In this document: positions 24,781 through 35,300 of the stretch, piece by piece
Position numbering within the stretch: position 1 is the first letter of the stretch
Layout of the letters: every line of letters starts with the position of its first letter
Source of the DNA: Daphnia carinata
Taxonomy: Eukaryota
NCBI RefSeq assembly: GCF_022539665.2
Contig: NC_081333.1
Location: 4,898,001 to 4,962,000, forward strand
Direction of reading: 5' to 3'
DNA: 64,000 bases
Program-made: the position numbers and the translations under genes
Notes under the pieces: model-generated
What the model was told of the DNA's origin: nothing
What the model saw: only the letters and a program-made list of their open reading frames with translations
Databases searched by the model: none

Positions 24781-27191
24781 AAAATATGCGATTTGGTAAA
24801 ATTGATGAAACCAAATTGGCATTTCTCTCTGCTTCGAGTTCTTTGATGTCTGTTAACTTGTGCGCAATTCGATATACAGTACAGCAAAGCTGAACGTCTC
24901 CCTGACGGCCATCTAAGAGTTACCGTTGACGCCATCGGGAAAGGGACTTTCAAAAGAAGAGGTCGGAATTATCGTTTAATTCGACGGTATTTAATTAGGA
25001 ATGAAAATTAGCTGATAGGGCGTCAATGTTTTTACGTCAACGTGCAGTTTAACTGTTTAACGAATCGGAGCCGTCCACACAAAGCTTGTGTTAACAAGGC
25101 ACTTGCTTGTGCATAGTCTGTCGCCAGAAAATAAAAGCACAGCAATTGCTTTGCTTTATGGTAAGGACCATCGCTCACAAATGGAAGTAGTGTTGGCTAT
25201 ACTTTGTCACTTGCACATCGTTAGGGCGAAATAATTTCTTTTGCATCACAATATAATGTCTGTAAATAACGAAAGTAAGTGTACTGTAATTTAACTGTGT
25301 CAGCACTTGAATCTGCTGTATTGTGCGTCAAAATCGAAAATACACTGCGTCCGAAATTGTACAAACTGTTTTGTTCGTTTTTCGTTTTTTTTTTGTCTTT
25401 TGGTTAACCAAAAGTTATTTTTATTGTAAATAATTAAATTTAGCAATAATAATTTTTTTTCTATTTCAACAGAATTCTCGCAGCTAACATATCTGATACC
25501 TGGTGATCTTCAAATTACCATATTGCACCAAAATAAATGGCAGCTACGTCACTTGCGCTTAAACATCGGAACACAGGACGGCAGGGTTGTTTTTCCAAGG
25601 CCCGTTTTTTAGCTTCGTATTGATGAAGCCGAGTGGAAATTTTTGGCTGGCAGTTTTGAACGGATAGCGAAAACAAATATCTATTTTGAAAGGATAGTGA
25701 AGAGAGGTATCTTACGTTTGTCTTTCATTCCGAAGTGCCTTGGAAATAAAGAACGTATTTTAACCTACCTTCTTTTTCATTGATTTTAAAAATTAATTGT
25801 GTGCTATTTTTCAAATTCCTAGTTTTATCCGCAGAAATGGATGAATTTTACACTTGTGTGAAGTAGAAAGGACGACAAAAGGTCGGATATCAAATTTATT
25901 GATCGCTCTATGCTTGGTTTAATCTATCATCTCTTCATCTCTGCAAGCAGAGTGCAGCAGTTCACGGTGGATTTCTGGTGTCAACATATGGTGGTGTGAA
26001 CAGTGATTAGCTGAAGCAACGCCTCTTTCTGTTCACTATAAGATCCGTTTCGTATCACTGCCAAAACGTCAACAGCGACTGATGTCGCACAACGGGCATT
26101 TCCTTGGAATCGAGCTGAAATCCTCACAAACAACATCCGTACACACACATACACATCATTCACAACAAGAATTTTGACTAGATTATTGAAGTAAAAAAAA
26201 TAATGCAAGCCGTGTAGTTTTAATTGCCAAAATGGGCAATCAATAAAATCCTTGAAGAAGTCCCCAACATGTTACATATTAGTGCGTTTACCAGTTGAGT
26301 TGTGGCGAGTAGTTTTAAGTAAGATTGTCGTAGGCGCCGTTTTTTGGCTGCGATTATTGGGGCCTTTAAAATCAAGAAATTAAATAAAAACACCTTGTGG
26401 TTAAAGCACATTTTATGAAAGCAACTAGTAAGACTGAAATACAGTAAAATCTGGTATGCGCGTTGTCTCTTGTAGCTCCGTACATTTCACAAACAAACTT
26501 ACGCAGTACCGAACAAATGACGGCAAGCGTGACCGGATGGCACAACCTATGAGACTCCAACTAAATAATTATAAATTGCAGTTTTTTCAGTCCAATTGCA
26601 ATAACCAACGAAGGTTAAGTACCACACTACGAAGCTCTCCGATTTTGGAGCAAAATTGATAGCCAACTCGTAACTGCTTGTGTCCATAGTTAACTAAGCT
26701 GTACAGAGGTTTCTTAGTAACTTATTTGGCAATGAATTCCGGTGGTTTCGTTCCACAACGTTCAGTCCGAGGTTGTATATTAAGTGCTCGATTTACATCC
26801 TTTTCCAAGTTAGACCATTCCTCTTCTGAAACCCTGTTGATAATGTGAATGGCGGGGCAAAGAGGAGTTTTCACAAAGATGGAAACCCTCCATCATCAGT
26901 CGATTCCTAGTACACCATGCTCAGACCACTCAGTTGTATAGTAAAAAAGTTCGATTTGTTCTGATTGTTCGGCTATATACTTTTTCCCGAAATAAACATG
27001 ATGGTAAATAAACTTAAAATTATTTAGAAAGTATATTGTAAAAAACAAAGATGAAACGTTGCACCATCGCATTTTTCGGAGAGGGAAACGATTCGTGGGT
27101 GGGGAACCGACTTGACGACGTCTGCTGTAAACCATGCTAGCACCACTTGATTATCTGGATTCATCGCCTCTACATTGTGTTTTCTCCAAGG

Positions 27192-27601
27192 CATGGCCTA
27201 CTATAATAAACGGCCAGCAAACGCGCAATACCCCCTGCGCCTAAAACTAAATTGCCAGAGGGGCCTAATACCCCAAATCGAATTCCACTTGCCGCAGCTT
27301 CATTCCACCCATTCCGATTTCCTCGACTTTTGCCACTGAATGGCAAAGGAGGAGGTTTACTAGTGTCGCGGTAGCGGAGTAACTACAAATACAGTGGTCT
27401 AATAGAACACTCGCTTGCAATGCGGGAGTCTCGAGTTCGAACCTAGAATAAATCTTTCTTTTTTCTCCTTTCCTAACGTAAACTGGCCACGCGCGGCGCT
27501 AGGTTCCACTTTCCACTGTTTTTTCCACTCATTTCAATTCTTTATTAGTTACCAAACAGTGGAAAGTGGAGCTTGCTGGTCGTTTATTATAGTAGGCCAT
27601 G
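27192..27601. mobile_element. Non-autonomous TIR element (410 bp), P-element- or hAT-type
   Basis: 29-bp TIRs CATGGCCTACTATAATAAACG(G/A)CCAGCAA with 1 mismatch; perfect 8-bp TSD CTCCAAGG at 27184-27191 and 27602-27609. A CATG start with an 8-bp TSD favours the P superfamily. Confidence 0.88.
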
Positions 27602-28489
27602 CTCCAAGGTAAAATAAGGTTTTTGTAAACTTCTTTGGCAAATTCTTTTTCAGTAAAAAATTAGTCTTCAATAGAAATGTAGCATACTATCGAAAGCTTT
27701 GCTGCTCGCATTTTGTATTGTTATTATTCCTTAAGTTCATGTGGAATACGTTGTCATCTGCTAACTGCAGGTAGCGTGGTAGATACGAATTCCACATATT
27801 TTTTCAAATAAAACAATTCCTTTGTTTAATAATTTTCTGTAAAAAAACTTTTTCGTTCATCGCAATTTACAGAATAAAATATGCTGATTCTATATCCAAA
27901 AGATAAGCAAAGAAAATTGCCTAAATTATGCTTTGCAAACCTAATTTTTATTTGTTCTACAGATATGAATCGCAATGTGAGGGTACCGTATCCTTTGGCG
28001 CGCTTCGTCTCGTTGGTGGCTACTACTTGTACGTTGATTTAATATGTTTTTAAGTAATGTTAAATATGATGGAAAATTTATCCACTCTCAGGTAAATGAT
28101 GTATCACTTATTTCATCCTTACCTACATTCTCTGAAGCCATCACTAAGATATCCATGTGTTCGAAATGTATTGAAGATTAAAAGATTGTCTTTTTTCCAG
28201 GAAATTATGTCTGGAGCAATGTTAGGCGAGACTACGGCATGGAAGGTGTGTGTTGCATGTTACATATGTACTAGATGGTTATGGTGATTTGTTATCCATG
28301 TCATACAAGATCATGGTGATGTTTTAAGAATGGTAACTTTAAATTTCTGAAATTACTCAGGGATGAAGTGTTTGGGTTTTCTATGCTTTGGTTGTGATTG
28401 AGTTTTATTTTCCAGTTGCTGTTCTTTCATATGATGTGTTTGCTGGTGATTTCTGTTGGCATGGTGGTAATTTTATATCTTAACGTTGT

Positions 28490-29784
28490 GTAAACGGGTG
28501 GGCACCGGCACGTAAGCTAACGGCGGGGCGTTTTATTATTATTATTCTAATTAAATTTTAATTAATTGTATTTTATTTTATTGGTTTTATTCATTATTTT
28601 TATTGGCGGCGTTTTGGCGGGCAGAGAGGGGTTGGAGGGGAACAACGGCGAGTGGTTGGCAAGCAAAGTGGGTTGACGGGCAGAGGCAAAAAGTGAGTGG
28701 ACAGGCAACTAAACGGGCTTTTTGACGGGCAGAGACTGCACAATAGATCGGATAAATGCTTTTTTTTAGTCTACGGGCTTGGCTTAAAACGGGTGTGCGC
28801 TACAATAGGTAAGCCGACGGGCAGAGACTGTACGGTGGAAGACGGGTAACTACAGCGGGTTTTTTGGTGGGCAAAGGGGGTTGATAGGCAGAGCCTATTC
28901 GAGAAAAGATGGGCAAAGGGAAAAAATGGGTGGACGGGCAACTACAACTGCCGTTCTCCTGGCTGAGACTTTGAAGGAAAGACGGGCCAAAGCAAATGAA
29001 AAGGTCAATGGGTAACAATTGTATATCGGTCGTTTTGGCAAGCTGCGAGTGGGTCAACGGGAAGCGAGTGGGTCGACGGGCAGTGAGTGGGTCGTCGGGC
29101 AGCGAGGGGGTCGACGAGCATAGAAGAGGTCGACGGGCAGTTAGGGGATCGACGGGCAGTTAGGGGGCCGACGGGCAGTGAGAGGGTCGACGGGCAGCGA
29201 GTGGGTCGACGAGCAGAGAAGGGGCCGACGGGCAGAGAAGGGGCCGACGGGCAGCGAGTGGGTCGCCGGGCAGCGCGTGGGTCGACGGGCAGGGAGGGGG
29301 AGACGGGCAGCGAGTGGGTCGACCGGCAATAACAGCGGGCTTCTTAGCGGGCAGAAGCAAAAAATGAGTGGACGGACAACTATAGCGGGGGTTTTGACAG
29401 ACCGAGACTTCGACGAAAGGGTGGGCAAATGCAAAAAAAAAGGTAGATGTCCCCCAGCAAGCATTTTTGCGGGCACAATGTGAGTTGACGGGCAGATAGG
29501 GGGTCGACGGGCAAAGAGTGGTTTGACGGGCAAAGAGTGGCTTGATGGGCATAGAGGGAGTCGACGGGTAACTTTAGCTGGGTTCTTGGCCGGCAGAAAA
29601 GTCAGGTGATGGACGGGCAGAAACAGGGAGTGGGTCGGCGGGCAAGAAAGGGAAACTCCTAATTTGTAATAGGAATTAGTAGTAGACGGGAAAAACAATA
29701 AATGTGGATCGGTTGTCTTAAAAATAGCGTTAATTACGCTAGCGCCACCTATACCCCGGCCCTGGACGGGCCCAACGTTACTAG
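28490..29784 (+). mobile_element. Non-autonomous Helitron, unit 1 (5'-truncated) with internal GACGGGCA minisatellite
   Basis: Canonical 3' end: hairpin GGCCC-TGGAC-GGGCC (29758-29772), 8-nt spacer, CTAG (29781-29784). Body homologous to unit 2. The 5' boundary is approximate. Confidence 0.75.
29045..29330 (+). repeat. GC-rich minisatellite, ~19-21-bp units (GAGTGGGTCGACGGGCAG / GAGGGGGTCGACGGGCAG)
   Basis: More than a dozen tandem variants of gggtcgacgggcag are visible; they account for the spurious overlapping ORFs here. Confidence 0.9.
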
Positions 29785-30745
29785 TCTATACTATATAAAA
29801 CAACAAGGAAATTTTGGGGAGGAGTTTGTTTGTCTGTCACACTGTGCTTTTGCTGTGATTGGCTGGCGGGGGGACTACCTGAAAAAGGGTTCAGACCGCC
29901 GCCGGCTGAAGTGAATCGGCGTGATGGGGATTTGGAAAACTAGAATGTGGGTGGAAATGTGGACTCACGACAATTTTTCAGTCTACGGGCTTTACGTAAA
30001 ACGGGTGGGCAACAGCACGTAAGCCGACGGGCACGAATAGCGGGTGCGTTAAATATAAAATAAAGAGTGGCGTGACGGACAAAAACTGTGGGATGGAAGA
30101 CGGGCAGAGGCAAAGAGTGGGTGGACGGGCAACTAAAATGAACATTTTTGGCTGTACGGGCTAAATGGGACGATGAACATATACTGTACGAGGGAAGACG
30201 GTCAGAGGCAAAAAGTGTATGAACGGGAAAATAAATCGTGCATTTTGACGGACAGAACTGTGACAGAAGACGGGCAAATGCAAACAAAAGGTCGATGCGC
30301 CATACAGCATGCGGTTTGGCGGGCCGACGGAGAGACAGAGAGTGGGCCGGCGGGCAGAGAGAGGGTCGACGGGCAACAACGGCGGATTTTTTGGCGGGCA
30401 AAGGGGGTTGACGGGCAGAGACTCTACGAGGAAAGGCGGACCGAAGCAAAAAGAGTGTGGACGGGCAACTATAACGGGCGTTTTGAGGGAAGGAGACTGT
30501 GACAAAAGGACGGGTGTTGCGAAATGCCCAAATGCAAACGCTTAGCCCTTGAGCGTTTTGTCTTCCTGTTAGCCGTGTGCTAGTTTGTATCCCTGTTTTT
30601 CCTAACCCCCTGTTTTTAACCCCTTTTTTTTGGAGTCGAAATGTGACGAGTCAGCAGAGTGTGACGAGACGCTTTGCGAAACGAACGTCGTTAGGCAAGG
30701 CCTAAATACAGAGATTTCAACGTGTTCGTTGTTTTGCGTTTCGTT

Positions 30746-30763
30746 TGGTGGCAGCGGTGGGAT
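30746..30763 (+). promoter_or_regulatory. Primer-binding site, tRNA-Leu
   Basis: TGGTGGCAGCGGTGGGAT is the 18-nt complement of the 3' end (...ATCCCACCGCTGCCA-CCA) of eukaryotic tRNA-Leu(AAG/TAG) as I recall it; it sits immediately after the 5' LTR. Confidence 0.85.
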
Positions 30764-31191
30764 CGCAACTGAGGTAATAATTCCAGTGTCCTGTCTCGCG
30801 AGGCCGTGAAGTTTTTCGTTACCGTTCTACGAATTCGTCACGAGGCAATATCGGTGGTTTCGTGAGTCTTGCGAGTTGTCCGTTGTAAGTCAACGTGGAA
30901 ATCGCTCGGTGTCGGTCGTGAAATTCGCTGCGGGTCCGTTATACCCGTTTTATCTGATTTGCTGCGCAATCGATCAACGTAACGTTGCGAGCACGCGGTT
31001 TCCCTCGTTTTAGTCGCATCGTCGTGGAAAGGCATACCTTGCCTTGCGTGGTGTCTTGGGTCGAATCGCCTCAAATCTACGCCATTCGATATTAGATTGA
31101 TCAGTGATTTTGCGTAAAGGGACAATCGAACGTGAAAGAAAACAAAAACTTTTGAACACACGTCATCTTAGTTAGGCTTGGCGAGGTGCGA

Positions 31192-32391
31192 ATGAGTCGT
31201 TCGCGTTGCCGCTGCGGAATAGGGTTTTGTACTAGGTGCGTGTGCGCAAAGGGGCATCAACAGTGCGACGAAAGTTGTTCGTGCTTCCCTGAGCGTTGTT
31301 CGAATAGAAAACTTGAGGAATTCCTAGACGCCGAAGAAGCAGTGGGAGTCGAACTGACCGACATGGATCCGAATGTCCTGAACGCCGCTTTGGCCGCACT
31401 AACGGCCAATCAACAGCAACAACAACAGCAGTTTCAGCTTCAACAACAGCAGATACAACAACAACAGGAATTGCTGACGGTCCTAACCAACCGGCTCTTA
31501 GCCGTTCCAGCTGCGGCTCCACCCGGCCCTCAACCCCCAATCCAGGCCCCAGCCGCCGTTGTACGTATAACGCTCGAAAGCGACGTGAAGTATTCAGGAT
31601 CAACAGACGAAATACTCCAGGATTGGTTGCAGCTGGTTAATCGGAAGGCTCTGGCGGAAAACTGGGGAGACGCTGATAAACGAAGAGCCGCCATTAGCTC
31701 ACTGTTTGGGAAGGCGCTTACGTGGCACGAAGAAATTGGAACAAACATCCTTCAGTGGGACGACTGGATTAACGGTCTACGAGGGGCCTTTGAAGTACAA
31801 CTAACGGAAGGCCAGTGGCAAGTACTGGTGGAAGGGAGAAAACAGCTGCCAAACGAATCCGGATCCGCCTATGCAATCGACAAAGTGAAGTTGTGTCGTC
31901 GACGGGCTATACCTCTTACTGATGCCGAGTTGATCCCATGCCTAATCCGAGGACTATACCGTGCGGAAATGCGGTTAGTCATGATGGGGAATCCACCCGC
32001 TTCAATTAACACGTTTCTCACTGAAGTTCGCCGCTTAGAAGATATGAGCGAGCCACTGGCCCACCCCCCTAGCGTATCACTAACAACTGAGGGAACTACA
32101 GGAAACCAGGAAACCAACAACTCGCTATTCCAGGCCGTTGAAGCCCTCACTAACCAGGTAGCTTTCCTAAATCGAAGATCCACTCGACCTACGTCGCCTG
32201 TACCTGAAAGGCCAGTACCCAAACAAGTAACGTTCGAACGTCGACCTCCTGGCTCGAGGAACGAAGTACAGTGCTGCAATTGCTCGGGCTATGGCCACAT
32301 CTCACGTGACTGTCCTCATCCTAATCCGTGTTGGCCCACGTCGACGTCGGGAAACGCATCAGCCGACCCCTCGGGGCAAGGTCGGCAGTAA
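31192..32391 (+). CDS. gag: Gypsy Gag: N-terminal 9-Cys CXC-like module, polyQ, retrotransposon capsid region, CCHC knuckle
   Basis: Open frame from ATG 31192; YSGSTDEILQDWL...ENWGDADK...LFGKALTWH; RKQLPNES; CCNCSGYGHISRDC knuckle. Confidence 0.92.
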   Translation: MSRSRCRCGIGFCTRCVCAKGHQQCDESCSCFPERCSNRKLEEFLDAEEAVGVELTDMDPNVLNAALAALTANQQQQQQQFQLQQQQIQQQQELLTVLTNRLLAVPAAAPPGPQPPIQAPAAVVRITLESDVKYSGSTDEILQDWLQLVNRKALAENWGDADKRRAAISSLFGKALTWHEEIGTNILQWDDWINGLRGAFEVQLTEGQWQVLVEGRKQLPNESGSAYAIDKVKLCRRRAIPLTDAELIPCLIRGLYRAEMRLVMMGNPPASINTFLTEVRRLEDMSEPLAHPPSVSLTTEGTTGNQETNNSLFQAVEALTNQVAFLNRRSTRPTSPVPERPVPKQVTFERRPPGSRNEVQCCNCSGYGHISRDCPHPNPCWPTSTSGNASADPSGQGRQ

Positions 32392-35300
32392 ATTTCATTC
32401 AAGCCCCCGTAATTAAACCATCGAATGAGAGTCCCATTATCGACGTGGATGTTTTCCGGGTTGGCCCGTTAAAAGCTATGGTCGATTCGGGAGCAAAGAA
32501 CAGCGTCATTCGTGCCGATCTTGTTCGCGGGCGGTCGAGCTTCCAAGTTAGAGAGCCTTCTAGCACTTGGCGAGCAGTAGATTATCAGGTCCTTCCGCTG
32601 GCTGGAGAAACAACTCTTATGGTGCGTTTTGACAATGCAGTGACTGAGTTGGGGCAGGTGTTGGTGATGGAAAACGCAATTTTTCCAATGGTTTTGGGAA
32701 TGGATTGGATCGCGAAAGCTGAAGCGGTCATTCGTGTTAAGGATGGCGTGGCTATTGTGGAAGTTACGAACGATCGGAAGTTAACGGAAAATCTTAGCGG
32801 CAATGGCATGGTGAGTGAAGAGATTGGACAGAAGTTAGGCGGGTCGGTGGCAGCTAAATCAGAAGGAAGTCGTCAAACATCGAGAGCTAATCGGGCTGAT
32901 TACGGGGGAAACGAGTCGAAACCGATTCCCAACGTGACTAAAAGTGAATGCAGAGAGGCGGTCGACGAATTTATGGTTATGGGAGCCCTAGTAGAAGAGG
33001 AAGTGGTTGCAGAGGAAGCTCCAACCGAAGAAAAATGCAGCGTCAAGTTGAAGAAAAAGAAGAGCATTTCGGCGTCGAGCGTACAATTCGTGGAGGCAGT
33101 GGCACCTGGGAAACGTGATGGGGTTTGGTTGATTGGAACCGCTAGATCTGTCCGGTCGGGCAAGGAGTGGGTCACACCAAGTTGTCTCTTGGAAAGCCAG
33201 GGAGGGAAGGTGCTCATTCCCGTTATTAATCTCAGTACGGAAGCGTTAGCAGTACGTGGCCCTTGGAGCGCCTCCCTAGTGTCAACTGATCAAGTGTTCA
33301 AGATAAATGGAATAGGACCTCCGGTAGTCGGGTCGCTACAATCTGGGGGCACTTCTAGGGACGGTGAAAAGTTGGTGCTCAACGAGGCTGAAGTAAACAT
33401 CAACCCCGATTTAACCGAAGAGGAAAGGGAAGAGCTGATGAATGTAATTAGGCATCACTGGCGATGCTTTTTACCCAAAAAGGGACTGACGAAGCTAATA
33501 GAGCATCGTATAGAAACCGGCACAGCGAGCCCCGTTCATTCGTCACCATACCGGGTGAGTGAAGTCGAAAGGAAAATTATTCAAAACCAAGTGCAGAAGA
33601 TGCGTGAAGATGGGGTCGTCACTTTATCACATAGCCCATGGAGCGCGTCGGTCGTCCTGGTAAAAGAGAAGAATGGGGAAATTCGATTTTGTGTGGATTA
33701 TCGTCGCCTCAACGCCCTGACCATCAAAGACGTTTACCCACTTCCTAGGATAGAAGATGTGCTGCATCGCCTCAGCGGGGCTCAATTCTTCACTAGTCTA
33801 GACCTAGAGAGTGGGTTTTGGCAGGTTCCAATGGCTAAGGTACACCAAGAAAAGACGGCATTCGTTACCCCAGACGGGCTATTCGAGTTTCTACGACTTC
33901 CTTTCGGGTTGTGTGGCGCACCGCCCACGTTTCAACGTCTTATGGATCGCGTACTAGACGGACTTAAATGGACAGAGTGTCTCGTTTATATGGACGACAT
34001 TCTTGTTTTTGGGAGCTACTTACAGGAGCACAACGATCGGCTCCACCGAGTCCTACTAGCCATCGAAAACGCCGGCCTAACGTTAAACGCACGCAAATGT
34101 GCCTTCGGTACGTCCAACGTGGTGTATTTAGGTCATCGTATCGATAGACGAGGCATCTCTCCCGATACGACAAAAGTAGAAGCAGTGCACCATTTTCCCC
34201 GTCCTAAAAACTTGACGCAGTTGAGAGCATTCCTAGGGATGGCCTCTTTTTATCGTCGCTTCATTCAAAATTTCGCAGCCATCGCCCGGCCCCTCCATAA
34301 TCTTCTGAAGAAAGGAGCCGACGTTGAACGATACTGGACACAGAGTCACGAAGTAGCAATGTTGGAACTAAAGGCAAAACTGACCTCCGCGCCCGTACTG
34401 GTGAGCGACGACGGGGTATCGAAGATAGAGTTATACACGGACGCTAGCATCAAGGGAATTGGAGCCGTACTAATGTTGGCCGGAGAAAAGGGTCTACAAC
34501 CGGTAACGTTTATCAGTCGGCGCCTCACACCAGCTGAGGAAAAATATCATAGTAACGAACTGGAGTGTCTAGCTCTCGTTTGGTCGTTGAACAAACTACG
34601 GCATCACGTCTATGGACGGCCACTCACGGTAAAAACGGACAGCTCAGTATTGCGGTGGTTGTCGCAAAAGAAAGACCTGAATGGCCGGCTAGCCCGATGG
34701 ATCATAACTCTTCAAGAATTCTCTATTAACATCCAACATCTCAGTGGGCCTTCTAACGTCGTAGCTGATGCCTTATCTCGGGCCCTTGTTGGCGTCGAAG
34801 AACTAACCGATCCGGCCGACCGAATATTATGCGGAATTCAAGTGGCAGAATACTCCCCTCGACAACTGGCTCTCCTACAACACGCCGACCGAGATATAAA
34901 GAAGATTGTTCTCTGCCTTCAGGGGTACGGTGACAAATACGGCCCTCAAACGGGAAGCCACGACTTCGTTTTGTACGAAGGAGTATTGTACAAGAAGAAT
35001 GTAAAACCAGGTCGTCAACGTCTCTTAGTGGTACCTTCAATCATCCGTCGGGATCTTCTGTTTGCATGTCACGATACACCGATCGGCGGCCACCATGGCA
35101 TAGAGAAAACCTTGGCTAAACTATCTCAGCGATACTGGTGGAAGAACATGAAGAAAAGCGTAGAGGCGTATGTGAGTACCTGCGAGTTCTGTCAACCTTT
35201 CAAATCTCGGGTAGGATATCCAGTCGGAAAACTATGTCCTATTCCTCCACCTAAAGAAGTGTTTGAAATGGTAGCAGCAGACCATCTGGGTCCCTTTCAG

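Noticed and set aside
27392..27450. Functional tRNA gene
   Set aside because: Only A/B-box-like motifs are present; no complete cloverleaf or acceptor stem could be built, and it lies inside a MITE.
28490..30514. Regularly spaced GACGGGCA repeats as a CRISPR array or as repeat-protein ORFs (29087-29698, 29940-30545)
   Set aside because: Eukaryotic context, degenerate repeats without unique spacers, and no cas genes. The ORFs are by-products of a GC-rich minisatellite inside Helitron termini.
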